From Tricharina praecox (lineage: Eukaryota): 64,000 nucleotides of DNA. Position 1 is the stretch's first letter. Each line of letters opens with the position of its first letter. The stretch is from NCBI RefSeq assembly GCF_024521635.1, contig NW_026250438.1, positions 124,001 to 188,000 on the forward strand, given 5' to 3'. Made by a program: the position numbers and the translations under genes. The notes under the pieces are model-generated. The model worked only from the letters and a program-made list of their open reading frames with translations. It was not told the origin of the DNA and did no database searches. Of this stretch, positions 38,223-53,400 are shown in pieces.

Positions 38223-39157
38223 ATGGATGGATGGATGGATGAAGTGCGGATGGGTGGTGATCTGGAGACTGGATCTGCTGCTGGATCTGGACTCTGGTGC
38301 TTTGAGCTGGTGGATGAAGCTGAAGCTGAAGGGGAGGATTGGGCGGGTTTTTATATTCCCCAGATTCTCCCACCAGGGCGTGAGAGCTCATGATAGCCTG
38401 AGGCCTCATCACCACTGTAACCACGCCCGATGAACATAGGTAACGTTACCATCACACCACAGCCTAGACATGCTGTTTTCAACCTACCTCCTCGTATCGA
38501 AAGATCCGTACGTTCCCATAGCTAGCTACAGCAGCTCGTATGGAAAGCCTCGAAAGCGAGTCAATCGTACATACACGATACATACAGGTACATATCAGTG
38601 ATCGTGAGAGTTGAGAAGTACTCCTATGACGTAAGAAGATCTCGTATTCATTTTCACCTGTTTGCCGAGACCATGGAAATCGCGGCACGGTGCGTCGGAT
38701 CGTGGGACGGCGGGAGTTGGCCGCTGAATCGATGTCTCTTTAGAGAGAAACATTTGTCTCTGAATACGCAGGTTGAGGTAACTGGCGTCGACAGGATACA
38801 GTAGCAGCTGAAAACTGAACCCTTCGGCTTCAGCTTCCCCATAAAAGGCCAATGGGGATCGCTCCAGATAACAAGACATGAACACCAGGAATAACGGCAC
38901 CGCACCGCATCATAATATCATATTCACGATTCACGATCATATTCACGAACACGTGAGGTCTCAAGTCAATCGCGCGTCCAAAAATAGAGTGAAAGAGCGG
39001 AGAACCCTGTAGATCAATCATCACCAGAACTATGTACCTACGTAGTACTTGCACAGGTCGAACGATTCTACCCCAGATCCGCCCAACTACTGGCCCGTTT
39101 TTTGGGCACGTAGTGTACCGTAACCCGTTGCACATACCCAAACGGAAGATGCATAGG

Positions 39158-39192
39158 TAGCAATCATAGGTAGCAATCATAGGTAGCAATCA
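39158..39192. repeat. 13-bp tandem repeat (GTAGCAATCATAG), about 2.7 copies
   Basis: Directly visible. Confidence 0.8.
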
Positions 39193-40227
39193 AGCCACGG
39201 CTGTTGGCGGATACCTGCCTATACATGTATTGCACAAGTACAAAGCCCGTCCTCCCGCGATGTGGTCGCCGACCCGACAGGGCTGATGGGAGGACCGGTA
39301 TATATAGTACATACCTTGTACATAGGTACGAGCGGGAAGAGGTGGGGGAATGGGAGAGGGGAGGGGGGAGGGGGGGGGAGGGGCACGACAGGTTTTTGCG
39401 GGTTGGACTGGGAGGTAGTTACTCGGGTTCGTCTACGGCCTTCCGCCGGCGCCTGTGTGTTAAGCCGTCGGTCCGCCCGTCGGTCCATCCGCTCGATCGA
39501 TATCCTTCACGAATCACGCTTGGTTTCCATACTTATCTCTGCACACGTACCCAGACGTTTTTTCTTTTCCACCTGTATACTTCGCCTCTCGCTCGCGAAA
39601 ACGACGAGACTTTTACCTATTTTATTTTTGGCCCTTCCACATCCGAGCTCTGCCGGCCCCCCACTACCCAGGGGGGCTTTCACCTTACCAGTCTCCGCGG
39701 AACTTCTGATGAGCCTCGGCCACTGGCCAGGACTGGCCGCTGCTGCCGTCACATGGAATCACGAACTGGCGAATCATCTCTCGCTGAACAAAAGCTTGTG
39801 TTCGACGACGAATCGACGTTCGTACCCGCATCTGGATTCTGCTCTGGCGGCGCTTCTGAGTCCTGGCCAGTCAGTGTCGAGATATTGGGATGAGCTGGCT
39901 GCTGGCCGCTGGCGCAGGAACGTATGTAGGTAGGGAGGTAGGGCTGGATGTGATTCGCTGGAGGGTACCAGTATGTAGGTATGTACGAGTGCTCTAGAGT
40001 AACGTTAGCTGAGGCCAGGAACGAGCGGTATGTAACGTGGACTGAGGCCAGGAACATGGTGGGCACTGCGCAGTGGGCACTGGCCACTGGACAGTGGAGT
40101 GACGAGTATGGGGAGTGCTGGTACAAGAATAGAACTATGATAGAGTGGTGGGCTGTTTAGCGAACGAGCGAGGTACTATGTACCATGTATATACTATGGT
40201 GGTCGATCACCACAAGGCAAACGCATG

Positions 40228-40281
40228 GACGAGCAGATGAGCAGATGAGCAGACGAGCAGAGTCTAGACGAGCAGACGACT
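40228..40281. repeat. Octamer tandem repeat (GAGCAGAY)n
   Basis: gacgagcagatgagcagatgagcagacgagcagagtctagacgagcagacga. Confidence 0.8.
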
Positions 40282-43200
40282 CGGCCGGGGAGAATGGAGA
40301 GCAGAGGTAAAGTCTCGGAGCATGCTCGATTGCCAAGTTATTAAGTTGTCTGACTTTTCTATTTTTCTATTTTTGACTGACCATGGATTGCATGCGCCGC
40401 CAAGTTGTCGGAATTCTCACTGCCCGTCGAGATCACCACCGAGCGAGTGACCGCGCCATGATACTCGTCGACAACTACCATATGAACTCCACTTACCATC
40501 TATCGGGGGTATGTAGGTGAGCACCCAGAGTAACCGAAGAGCGTAAGCACCAAAGTCTCTAGCGCCGGGAAGGGCCTAGTCCGCGCACTACTGGCAGATA
40601 GTTACTCTACGGTACTCCGCAGTCGGAGTCTGCAGTCGGCAGATTCCCCGGAGGTGAGATGGGTGAGATGGGCACGGTCCGGGGGTCGGCATGTTTGAGG
40701 TGGACGCAGAATTCTCCATCGGGCCTACGGATTTCGAGGATTAGGATGTCATACGGATCACTGCCGCGTGCCTCTCGCAATTGCATGCTGGCATGCCGCA
40801 TGCAATCAGCCCATCATTCCCGGTAATCATCATCAGCACATGGTACCTATCCCCACAGCACTTCCTTCCTGAATCACGGATCCCGGCCATCGCCACTCCA
40901 TGCCTGCTCCCGAGGTGCTCGTCCGTCAGATCGCCAATTGCGAGACGGACACTGACTTGGCCGACGTGGCATGGCGAGGATACCGGGTTCTATGGAGACA
41001 GCCCCCCCCTTTCAATAGCGATACCGTATGTACACTGCATACCTATAGTACCGGAAGTCGGAATTTTCGGAGTTTTTGTGGTGTCGTCGGAACTCCACTG
41101 GGGACAGAGTCGGATCCCAAAGGTCGAAGCACGGACATCCGCACCGAGTCGAGGGTTGCTATAGTTGAACGCATGTCTACTATGTGCATACTATATCTAC
41201 ATATACACCACCAGCATCCTCGGACAACGGCCAGAACGGATCGGCGTTTGTTGTGAGCGTGTATCCCGAGTCCTCCCACCTTCCAGAAGCGCAGTCTGGC
41301 CGCCGCCGCAACGCCTCGCAGGCGCCACGCGCAGACTTCAAAGCTCCACTCCGCACTCCGCAGTGCGCAGATGCAAGTCTGAGTGAGCATCTGAGCGTGT
41401 ATATATAACGGCGATATTGATCTTCACTTGCCGGTGTTGCTGTTATTGCTGTTGCTGTTGTTGTCGCGGCTAGTTACAGGTGTAAGCCTCCGCACGGCGC
41501 AGACAGACCGCATCGTGCGAGACTCGAGAGTGTGAGCGATCATCCTTGCTAGTGAATAGATCCAAGTGCCTGAAATTAACGGCGGAGTGCAGTTCGCGGT
41601 TTCGACGAGACCACCTACAACATGGATATCCTACATACCGTATGTATCTGCTTGGGTAGAATACATACTCCATCGGCTCCGTTTCCCCCCACATCGTATA
41701 CTGCTAACTTATAGATGTCTATCTTAACCCACCCCACACCCCCCAAGGTCTATCTGTAGACGGAAACACCGCTCACCGGCGAATAATGGATTCTGAATCA
41801 AGGGATGCTTCTGCTTCCTGGCCGAGCCCCGCAGTTAGCGAAGGCCAAGGATAGGCACGGACGGTGCGCTAGTTGCTAGTTACTTTGGATTCTGGAGTCT
41901 GACCTACCCTACACACCCTTGCCGTCACGACTGAGCTTCTCCATACGGAACAAATATCTATCTTCATACTACGGTACTGCCATGATACCTATGGTGTTCT
42001 AGGGGGGTGAGTGTTGGTGGGTTTACATAGCCCTTATCTTGTCTTCTGTAGCGGACGTATGTAGCAACAACCCGCAGGGCCTCTGGCTTCCATCTCGATT
42101 CTCCACTGTGATTTCTGCCGACAGGCGCCACCTACCTACATACCGGTACCTCTGCTATGATGGACGGTTGACGGAGTGGCCCTCATGCTTCGGACTCGAA
42201 TCACAGTGCGTACCTGGGTAGGTACCTACCTCATACCTAGGGAAAACGGCCAGCCGAACGAAATGTTGCTTGGACGTTGATATGGAGTCCGGATGAGACA
42301 CGTGAGGTGCGGCGTGGGGCCGCCCCCACATTCCAGGACCCTTCGCCCGCCGTTAGAGTTAACTAGTCCCAAGCTAACCCGCACGGTAACTAGCCAAAAG
42401 CCCTTCTGCAATCGTCCTGTACCTACACACCGCTATGTATTCACATCGCCTTCGGAGATCGGAGATATCGATATATCTTCAGACTCTTCGGCGCTCGTCA
42501 ACCCCCCACACATACACACACGCACACTCACATCTGCCTACCTACATATCTCCTGCCTATGTACCCCCCCAACATCCAGCTGGAACACGTTATCTCCAAG
42601 CGAGAGTGCACGCGAGATAGGTACGGTACTGATGCTCCTGTGTATGTACGTAGTGCACATTATACTCTACTAGTACTTAAGCGAGTTGTCGCGTGGATTT
42701 GTTACCTTCGCTCCTCGTCGAGGGGGGGGTGCAAGTGAAGGGAAGGGAAGGGAGCTTAGGGACAGGAAGGCGTTGGTTGGTGCGTCAGTCAGTCGGTTGG
42801 TCGGTCGGTTTGAGGGGATGGCTACCATACTAGTACCTACATCCTAAATAAGACATCGCGGGCCAGGCCGTTCTCCGAAAAGGTCTCAGGAGCGATGACG
42901 GCCTCTGGTTGGTCGGATCTGACGACAATCCTGGGGTGGGGAGGGGAACCATCGTCTGCCGCCGGTACTGACCGGCCCCCATCCATCCATCCATCCATCT
43001 GGATTGATAACAGGGGATATATGGAATATATTAATCGACAAGCTCGGCCATTTCTTCTAGTGTAAATAGTGGCCATGGGTGAGTTGCCCCCGGCCGCGGC
43101 CACCATGTTTCCTCCCCTACTAGATACCCCCGCCGCCCCCGCCGTAGCCCCCATGATATGATATGATGGATGGGCTTTTGGAACGAGCTGCGAGAAAGTG

Positions 43201-43784
43201 GGGATCAGCCATGGGCCTGGGGAGGGATGAAGGGATTTCGAGGTGACCATGCTTCGTACCCAAGTACGTACATACTCTATCTATTCTGCTATTAGCTAGA
43301 GCACAAAGGTGAGAGGAGGAGGATGAGGGGGGAGGCCCCAACTGAACTGGGAAAACTGGACGGAATATCCCACGGCCTCGGAGCCATATGTGTGTTCTGC
43401 TATGTACAGCCGGTAGACGTGTAGCTATAGTGGTAGCGGCAGTAGTAGTAGTAGCGCTGGTAAGAATTGGCACGCAGGCACGCAGAACAGCCAGTAGTCC
43501 TGGTCCAGACTGGATGCTTGGGTTTCGTCCTTAAAGGGACAATGCCCTCATAACGGATCCATGCTTGGGTTCTTGCTTCTTTCTCGGAACCAAAGATCAA
43601 GTGCGATAACATGCGTGAGTTCCCGGTTTCCTACATATCTCGTTGGTCACCTACCGCACTTCACGAAAGGGCATATGCTGACATCGACCTCCCCTCGTTT
43701 TAAAGCATCAGTGCATGCAATTTCGCCGGTCTGAGTGGCGGTATAGAAACCTTCTCTCTCCTTCGCACTTAGCTGCAACCTACG

Positions 43785-45176
43785 ATGCCACGGCCCAACG
43801 ACTTATACTACGACCGAGTCCAGCTGCCGATATTCCTCGGGCTGATCTGCCTGGTGTGGATTGTGGTGGGCGTGCGCCTATGGGTATTCCGAAAACACTA
43901 CTGCGGATGGAGGACCTGGCGAGGACTCAGCACCGCGCTGACACTCCTGTCCGCCGTCATGTGCACGATCTATGTCGCCATGCTCGCGGGAAACTACTTC
44001 CTCAATGAACGCATCATCCGCATCCGCGACATTATCAGCCCTAATCCGGCAACTTATGAGATGGATCGGAAGCCAGAGTCTTATTCGGCCGCAGAGATAC
44101 AAACAGTTATCGATGCTTCGGAGGAAATCTACATGGTATGTATCTACATCCATCCATCCATCCATCCGTCCATACGACATAGGTAGAGCAGCACTGACCC
44201 GATCTCCTGGCCAAAATAGCTCCAACTATGGCTTCGAATAACCCTCAGCATAGCCCTCTGGCTCGTCAAATTCGCATTCGTAGCGCTGTTCCTCGAGACG
44301 CGCGAGGCGCTCAGCCACCGCTGGCGCATAGTCCTGTACATTACCGCCGCCACCATTTCCGTCACCTTCGTCGTGGTGATCTGGACCGTGTGCAAAGACG
44401 TGATCCAAAGCTGGGTCCACCCCACCGTCGAAGACATCCTGTTCGTTCCCTTCCCCCCTTCCCCCATACCCCTCACAGACACAGACACAGACAGACTAAC
44501 CCCCCCCCCCACAGCGGCGGCATCTACGTCAATGGCATCCGCTTCGTCGCGCTCGAAGCGGACAACGAATTCGTGCTTACAGCGGCAAACATCATCACGG
44601 ACATCCTTTTGGTTCTGATCGCGTGTAAGACCGTGACCGCGTTGCACCGGCCGATCTCTGCGGCCTCACTGCTGTTCATCATGGTAGCGATCACCGTGTC
44701 CGTCGCAATCGGCCGGCTGATCCTGAACATCCTCACGATGAACGTCATGTTCTATTCCGACCACGCCACTATTCCCCTGCAGCTGCTGGCTGAGCTGGAA
44801 ACGTTCTTTGCGGCTATCGTGTCTTGTCTGCCCGGGCTGAGGGTACTGCTGAGAAGCTCCGGAAATCAGCAGGAGGAGGAGTTTGTTGAGAATGAGGTTA
44901 TTGTCCCGAGTCATGAGATGCTCGATATACGGGATTCCACGAGGTACGGACACACCTGCCCCCTAGAGACTTCATCGTATGTATTGTACTAACACACCAC
45001 CCAGATTCTCCGAAGTAACAGACGCCAAATACAGCCACAGCCACGGGCATGGGCACGGGCACAGCCTGCACAGCCTGCACAGTCGGCCGGGCAGCGAAGA
45101 CCCGTTCACCAACGCGAAGGCGCCGAGTTCGGGCAGCGGCTCGTATACCATTGCGAGGCAGGTGAGCATGGCCTAG
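43785..45176 (+). CDS. PTH11-like integral membrane protein (fungal rhodopsin-domain, GPCR-like; no CFEM domain seen)
   Basis: Exons 43785-44135, 44220-44440, 44515-44943 and 45005-45176 are in frame. About 7 hydrophobic segments with IVVGVRLWV, ALWLVKFAFVALF, AANIITDILLVL, VAIGRL and ELETFFAAIVSCLPGLR. Confidence 0.82.
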
Positions 45177-46320
45177 CCTCATAGGAGGGAGGGAGGAATT
45201 GGACAACCCTTTTTTCACTTTCTTTTCTTTACCTTTTTACTTTTTACTTTTTTACTTTTTATTTTGATGTAATCACGAACGCTGTATGAACAGAACATGT
45301 TCCGCAACGACTTTACCCAGCCATCAGGGTCTGCAATACGATGGATAATTTGGATAGATTTTTTCTGAGCTCTATGTATGCACTCTCTGCATAATCCTGT
45401 TGAGTTTCGGAGGGAACTCCGATGATTGGGGGCGGGGGGGATAGATCTCGCGGAAAACCGAGGCCGCCCGCAGTGCGCACGGACTGGACCGTTGGGCTAG
45501 AGAGGCGCAGAAATGTGGTCCCGAACGAAGGCGGCGCGGGTGAGAGATCGTGAATGGCAGGTATCACATGCTGAGAGCAGGACAAGCCTCCAGGGCTGCT
45601 CATTTACACAGATATTATATATGCATATAAATTCAAGCCGCAATGTTCTGCGATAGCTACTCGAGTTGGAAAGCGTTGAGTGACAAGCTGTGAGTTGGCA
45701 TCACATGCCGAGAAGCGCAAGTGTGGCTACGGAGGTCACGAGACACTCGGATCCAAATAAACTGTGGGCTGCGTCATATAGTCCGAGTAAGCATCTGAAC
45801 ACGAGACGAGCTTCTTCGTAGATATCGATTTCTCCTTGCTGCAGCTTCCGTCGGGGACCTCCGGTACACACATATATCACGGCAATTATGGTTTCGATAT
45901 CTGTCGTCGAGCTCCGTGGATGCAGGCATGCAGATCTCCATACCGCGGGTTGCGACTGTTCGCCTCGCCGTTCGTGGAGCGAGCTTCACATAGCTCCTTG
46001 CTGATCGTGGACGCGCGTGAGTGTGTATTTTGCATTATCCAACCCCAAATTCCACCTTGCGCGCCCAGAAAATCAGAAAAAGGAATGAACACCAGTATCG
46101 CAACAGCCAGCCAGCATTCGTAGTAGAAGGAAGATGGTAATATGGTGGGGAAGTGATCCGTTTTTTTGCAATTACGGAACCAGAGAATGACATGTGTTGG
46201 GGTGAAAAAACAGCAGCAGCGCAACCTTTCCCCCCCACTTTTCATAATCACCATTCCCCCTTGCCCCATCCCTACAACGATCCTCCTCCTCAACAGATGC
46301 CCATTTTTTGTTTGCGCCGT

Positions 46321-46655
46321 TTATCGCAGTCTGCGGGCCTCGCGCTCGGACTCGAGGAGGCACAGGATGTCGTGCTCGCGGACGGGTCCCTTGACGTTAC
46401 GGATGATCGATCGGGTCGTGTCGTCGAGGAACACAACGCGGACCTGGGTCACTCCTCCACGGGATCCTGAGGGTCGAAGTCTCAGCAATCATTCTCTCCT
46501 GCAGTTGCAACCCAATTCCACCGCCATTCCACCATTCCCATCTCCAGCTCCATTCCCATCTCCGTTTACCGTCGGGGTGAGGGATAACGCGTACCGGTAC
46601 GTCCGAGGACCTTCGAAACCTTGACAAGCTTAACGGCGACCTTGGTTGACTCCAT
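46321..46655 (-). CDS. RPS28: 40S ribosomal protein S28 (eS28)
   Basis: [68 protein letters not shown] after removing one intron. Confidence 0.97.
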
Positions 46656-47215
46656 GTTGATTTATTGTAGATCTGCTTGCAGCACTCAAAATATCAGCTG
46701 AAACGCCTTTCAATTTCGCGAGCGATTCGGCACGTACGCGGAAGTACCGGAAATTGGGCGTAGGGCGGGTGGGGCGCGGAAAGTCGTTCGTCGTTAGGCG
46801 GGTCGTCGTCGTTTTTTCGTGTGGGTCTCAACTTGATAGTACTAACGGTGGGTGTTGAAGATTGTGAGGCTGGGCACTGTGCGTTGGTGCCGGACTGTTG
46901 ATTTGTGCGGTGCGGGCTAGGGTTGCGGACCTAATCTCTGTCAACGACTAAATGTGGTTAGTTTATCGCTATCATTCGAAATATAGATAATTGAGTGAGA
47001 AAAGCCGTGTGGAGCATCTCAATGTTACTTAAATTCGAGCGGGGTAGAGTTTGGGGGGCGATGTGTATTATATTGTTTCGTGATGTCGAGCTGGAGATCT
47101 AGATGGCGGGGGTGCTCTATTCCGCCCATACCTCACCGCAGCTCAGGAGAAGCTCACATCATCGCCCGCTCGCCCACCCTGCACCGCAATCTCCCTAAGC
47201 TCCAAACTCGCCCGG

Positions 47216-49010
47216 ATGGCTCAGCCAAATCAGATGAACAACCTCACGACACTGATCAAACGGTACGTCGAGAAAACATAGCTCCCATCTAGCTCTCTAC
47301 CCCGTGTGCGACGTGTGTTGACATCTCCATTTCGCGCCGTAGGCTTGAAGCCGCGACTTCACGTCTGGAGGATCTAGCCACGGTAGCTCCACCGGGCAGC
47401 AGCGCTTCCTCCGCCATCGTTCCGGCGCCAGTACCATCAGCAGCATCAGCTGGATTGATTTCCTCCCTGCCCGCCTCAGCTTCCGCGGCTGCCGCTCCTC
47501 TGCCCCTGCCGGAGGAGCTGCCGGCTTCGGTTGAAGATTTCAATGAGATCATCGATGGCGAGGTCGCGAAGTACGTCAAGCTCAGCAAAGGTCTCGGAGG
47601 GTTGATCGAGGAGCAGGTATACCATTCCTCCACTCTACTGTAGATAGCTCCATGTTCAACTAGCTAATCTCCCCCGCGCACACAGAGCAGAGCTGTCGAA
47701 GAATGTTTCTCCGAGCAACGCAAATTCCTAATAATCACGACGAAAGCGAAGAAGCCCGAAGCGTCCTCTAAACTCTTCATGGATCTCCTGTCCGGAATGC
47801 AAGTGGAGATGACAAAGGTCACCAACATCCGCGAGAACCACCGCGCATCCCCGTTTCTTAACCATCTGTCTACCGTCAGCGAGGGAATCCCTTCGCTCGC
47901 ATGGGTCACCTATGATACCAAGCCCGCGAAGTTCATCAATGAGATGGTCGGCGCGGCAAGATTCTACGGTGATCGCGTGCTTAGGGAGTACAAGGAGAAG
48001 TGCGTGGCTCGAGCGGGACGGGGTGGAACGAATCTAAGTGCTGACATTATGCCGCCCATAGGAGTCCCGAAATGGTCGAATGGGTCCGATCCTACTACGC
48101 CGTCCTCACAGCACTGGAAGAGTATGTGAAGAGGCACCACCCGATGGGTGTAACCTGGAACGCGAAGGGCATCGATGCGGGTGAAGCTCTCGCGGCCAGC
48201 AAAACCGCCACCGCAGCACCCAGCTTCGTTCCCAGCGGCCCACCACCTCCACCCCCGCCCCCGGGCCCGCCACCAATCCTGTCTCTCGACGGCCCTCCAA
48301 CCCCCGCCCCCTCGGGCGGTGACATTGGCAGCGTCTTCGATGAGCTCAACCGCGGCTCCGCCGTGACCGCCGGCCTCAAAAAGGTCGACAAATCCCAGAT
48401 GACCCACAAGAACCCCGACCTGCGCGTGTCATCCACCGTTCCTGCGCGTCGCGACTCTTCCGGCAGTCTCCGCGGTAAATCCCCGGCGCCGCCTACACGA
48501 GCCAAACCTGCGTCCCTCACCAAGAAGAAGCCCGGCAAGCTCGAGCTCGAAGGAAACAAGTGGATTGTCGAGTACTTCGAGAACGAGCAGGGCCTGGTCA
48601 TCTCCGAGACGGAACTGAACCAATCCGTGTTCCTCTTCCGCTGCAAAAACACCACGGTCCAGATCAAGGGGAAGGTCAACACCATCACCATGAACGAATG
48701 CAGCAAGACGAACGTCGTCGCCGACGCCCTCGTCTCCGGCATCGACGTGATCAAATCCAACTCCTTCGCCATCCAGGTCCTGCAAAAGATCCCAACCGTA
48801 CAACTCGACCAGTGCGATGGCGGCACCATCTACGTCTCGGAGGAGAGCATGGATGTCGAGGTTTTCACGAGCAAGACGAGTAGTGTCAATGTTTACATCC
48901 CCGGCGCTGGCGATGACGGGGATTATGCGGAGCGTGCGGTGCCCGAACAGCTCAGACATACCATCAGGAATGGGCAGTTGGTTAGTGAGATCGTAGAGCA
49001 CTCGGGCTAG
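47216..49010 (+). CDS. SRV2: Adenylyl cyclase-associated protein (CAP/Srv2)
   Basis: MAQPNQMNNLTTLIKR|LEAATSRLEDLA, NHLSTVSEGIPSLAWV, poly-Pro, WH2 VFDELNRGSAVTAGLKKVDKSQMTHKNP, and C-terminal CARP domain ending SEIVEHSG. Three introns. Confidence 0.97.
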
Positions 49011-50439
49011 CTAGTCGGTGTGCGTGTAATGTTGGGATGGACGGGTAGATGAATTGAGTAGACCGCAATTGAGCGTTTGCTATGCATGTTTGCATGTTCA
49101 CTTTGTGGATATTGATATTGATGCCATACCATAATCTTATCTCATCTCTCCTAGTCGCATCTTCAAAGCTTTGGGCTATGTCACGGCGATCAAATAAGTC
49201 CTTCCCCAACTTCAGCGCTCAGCCTTCAAGCTAGCCAAAGCACCGGCGGCCTTGTGGTTCGGTTGGAAACAGTTCGCCTGTGCTTAGACGACTGTTGGCG
49301 GATGACATGAGGTGAGCGGGAAGCTGCTGACACGCCGACGAGCCAGAATCGGTACCGGTAGCAGTGATCACGGCCAAGAAGTCACCTAGGTAAAGCACCT
49401 CACCAAACACCACAACCGCCTCATCCCACAGGCCACAGCAGTACCGTAAAAAAACATTTCATTTCAATTCCATACACTCTTTCATGAATACTCATACTCA
49501 TACTCATACTCGTACTCGTCACTCATCCCTCATCCCTCATCCAGCACCCCCTCCCCCGAAGCCAATCACGAAGGAAAAAAAACCATACACCAAAAACATT
49601 TGAAGCAGTAGCAAAAACGACAAAACACGAAGAAAAGCAAGAAACCATTTTATATCAACTCCAAGTCAACACGTAAGGAAAAAAAGAAAAAAGAAAAAGA
49701 AAAAGCTGTAGCCACTTGCAAGTCAGTCAGGCAGCCCACCACTACTAACAAAACTAGCCCACCAGCTAGCACAGGTAGCATCGAATCGAATCGAATCAAA
49801 ATCAAAACATGAAAACATTTGTACGCCAAACACACGGAACAAAACAGAACGAAAAGAGAAAACAAATCCCTCCCCCCCTCGAGCCTCGACCGTAACCTCA
49901 CAACCTCAAAAGAGTGTGTGTAAAGGGAAGATATGGAAAAGGCAGTGAGAACGATGGATGGATGTTGGGTGGAATGGAAAAGTTCTAGGTATCGATAGAG
50001 GGAGAAGAAAACACTAACAAAGGGAGCAAAAAAAACACAAAGCTAGACACAGACAAAGACAACCACACGGACTTCTGTCGTTATCGAACTCTTCGACAAT
50101 TGGTGTGGAAGGAATTTGAAGGGAAAAAAATGCGAAAAAATGCGAAAGAAAAGGAAACCACCTGGGTAACAAATCGAACTAATCAATCAAGGTATGTAGT
50201 ATTAACGGTATGTGCAATGAAGTGAAAAGCAGTCAATATCTTTCCTCTACCCGGCAAAGCAGGCCACCGAGGCAGACACGAGCTCGAACAGACGAAAAAC
50301 GGAACGAAATGTTGTTCGGAGAATCAACGCAGAGGGCAAGGTATGGTGGTATGTGATGGTAGCAAAGATGATGGCGGTAGGTATGGATGACGACGAAGTG
50401 GGTGAGAAACTGCGAATGACAACGAGACAACAACTAAAC

Positions 50440-53400
50440 TCATGTCCGGGAATGTTGTGAAATCTTCTCCCAGTCTGAGTCCAAAGATCCGGCCCTGCTG
50501 TGGAATGACCCTCTGCTAGATGCGGAGCCAGCACTTCCAGGCGGTCCAGCGACAGAGTCCTGCCCTGATCCGCGTCTGCGGTCTCCATTGTAGAAAGCCG
50601 CTTCCATGTCACTCATCACTCTGCCGGGCTCGGCTTGTAACTTATCTCCGGTGATAGAGCCGGGCTCTCCCGAGAGAGAGAGTCTGCTTCCAGGCCTGTT
50701 GAGACCATCCTGCGAGCCGTTGGATGACGACTTCTGGAGGATTGCTGAACTGAAGAACGGAGCAAAATCTTCGAATGAATCCGATTTTGGCCGTGATAGC
50801 CGCCCTTGGATAACCTCCGTCTTGACGCCGCGCAGCGCAAGATAGTTGGTCAATGAGTCGATGGCGTCCTGCAGTCCACCCGCATCGTTCCGCGTATACG
50901 AGAACGTGATCTTTTGCTCCTTGATGGGGCTGTCCAGGTTTGCCTCTCCTACTTGCATCTGGATGCACATCCGATCCTTCGTGGGCTCTACGACTTCGCT
51001 AGTGAAACGCTCGTCAACCATGGCTGTAGCCAGTTCCGGTGACCATATTAACCGGATGTCGTGACTCTCCGGAACGAGTGCCTGTCATCTTTTCAGTATA
51101 CTCGTAGATAACACAACGGCGCCCCAGCCAGAGGAAAGAACATACCAGAAGCCCCTCCTTAAAGTGGGGAACCTGCCACTCGGGTCCCTTGATGGTGACA
51201 GAATCACTGGCCATCTCCGTGCTGGGAAACGAAACACTACAACTCCATTTCTTCTCCAAAGCGTCAATGATGACTCGTTGCGCGACCATATTGCGATGGA
51301 ACAACCGCGGAATCTCGACCGACTCAGTCACAATGTCAGCATCAACCTGCTGTACCATCTCCATGATCTCAGCCTTGACGAGCTCCAAATTTGCCGCATT
51401 CCGGGCTGGTGTCCGGCACACGACATTGTCCACCTTGAGATCCTCGTTCTCCACCTTGCCTGCTGTCCCCCGCTCCATCGCGTTGGAGAACTTGACGAAA
51501 ACCGAGTACTTCTTCATGATCGTTTGGATGTGTTGACCACCCACGCCAATGATCCGCTTGTGGTAAGAGTCCGGAACGTGGAATGACATTGATGCTGGTA
51601 GCTCCTGCTCGACCAGTTCCAAGCCCACCTTGACATTGTCGTACTTCTGACCCACGACGTCGATGTAAAAATTGTATTCGCTGAAGCCATCGAACAGAAT
51701 GTGGATGTTGGATTGGCCCATAATCTTATTAATCTTGCCGTTCTTCTTACCAGCCACAAACTCCTTGTGCTCGTTAGCAAGTTCGATTTTGACCCGCAAT
51801 TGGTAGTTACTGCATCGGACGTAGTCAATTTCGTTGAGGAGCTCAAGGCACCGTCTCACAGCCCAGTCGGAGCCGACAATTTCGAAGTAGTTCTTGTTGA
51901 ACGCCACGTCGGCACCGCTCTTGGTTGACAAGTCAATGAGGATCTGCTGGAACTCTGCCGGGGATGGGACACGGCGACCGCTGATTGTCGTCCGGTCGTC
52001 AATCATCCACCACGTCGAATCGTAATACTGTCCCGCGATCGACATTATCGCTCGCATGGTACGGTCGATCTGGAGAGTCTCCAGTCCCTGCACCCGCATG
52101 GAACTGTTGCCAGATCCGAGCACCGGCAAGCAAACATATGTGCCATTGGCCTCCATAATCTTCTTGATCTCGTCGAGGCGCTCCAGCAGCAAAAAGTCAA
52201 TCTTGCGGTACGACATCTGCAGAGTCATTACGAATGCGTTCGCTTGGCAGGCCTACGGAAACGAGAAGTCAGAAGAGGGCACCACACGACAACCATAGTT
52301 CAACTTACCAGGGAACTCAGCATCTGCTCCGCTTTTGCAACATCGGCCTTGGTAGGACCAACAATGAAGATCTCGTCAGGATGCCGTCGTTGACACCCTC
52401 GCGGAAAGTAGCCATACACGCGCGGAAAAGGTGGAGGAAAGTAGACCGCCGTTCCAGTAGCGGACTCGATCTGCTTGACGTTCTTTCTCGAGCGACCGCA
52501 CAGCACGCTATGTAGCGAAACTTCAACGTACATCGGCGAAACAATATTGCCAAGCTATACGGGGAAAGTCTGGTCAGAAACACCGATCACCGGGATCAAG
52601 GAACAATCAATATGCTGGGGTTGAACCCACAAGGTCATCGATCATGATGAGTATACGGGTCTTCGCATGCTCGACACTCTCGTAATCGCCGTATATTTTG
52701 ACCCGCAGTCGCGTTGCCTGGCTCGCATCCACCTCCGGATCGCCAGCAGCGCTCGCCTTCGATTCCTCGGGCTTCATGACGAAGATGCCCGTTCCGGTAT
52801 AGTTCGATATTTGTGTCAAGTGGTTCACGACCTTCGCACTGGGCTTTCCGTCGGCACCGTAGAATAGGTCATGATCGAGGTCAACACACGCCGCCCTCTA
52901 CCGAAAAGAAACGTTAACAGAGTGGCGCGCAATAGGGATATCCGGAGGCGTGTTTTCTCACCAATGCAACCGGACACCGCGCAAGGAACAAAGATCTCAA
53001 TTTTTCGATCGCGGTGCTGTCCGGCGCAGCAATCCAGACGCCAATAACGATATCACTCTTCGGCCTCTGAGTTTCAAAACTATGATCTGACGATCCGGGC
53101 CCGGTAGTACTCTGCGGCTCGGACACCGTTACGGACGCTTGGCAGCCACCGGGGCGGTCGTTAATCTCCTTACACAAGATCTCCAACTCCCGCACTACAT
53201 TCTGGTAGAACGGCAATCTCCGTGGAACTGGGGGACACCCGTCCGGATGCAGCCAGTTGAGTTCGGCATTGCTGGTCAGAAGCAGTGTATCCTCTTTGCG
53301 CGGCGGTGGCGGTATCGACAGCTGGATACAGAACGAGTAGTGGTGGCCCGGAATCGCCGGAATGGTATCTAGGCTCGCATGAGGAGAAATTGACACGAAT

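Noticed and set aside
40228..40281. GAGCAGAC repeat matching the octamer repeat in the gag leader
   Set aside because: No flanking homology seen; simple repeats of this size recur by chance.
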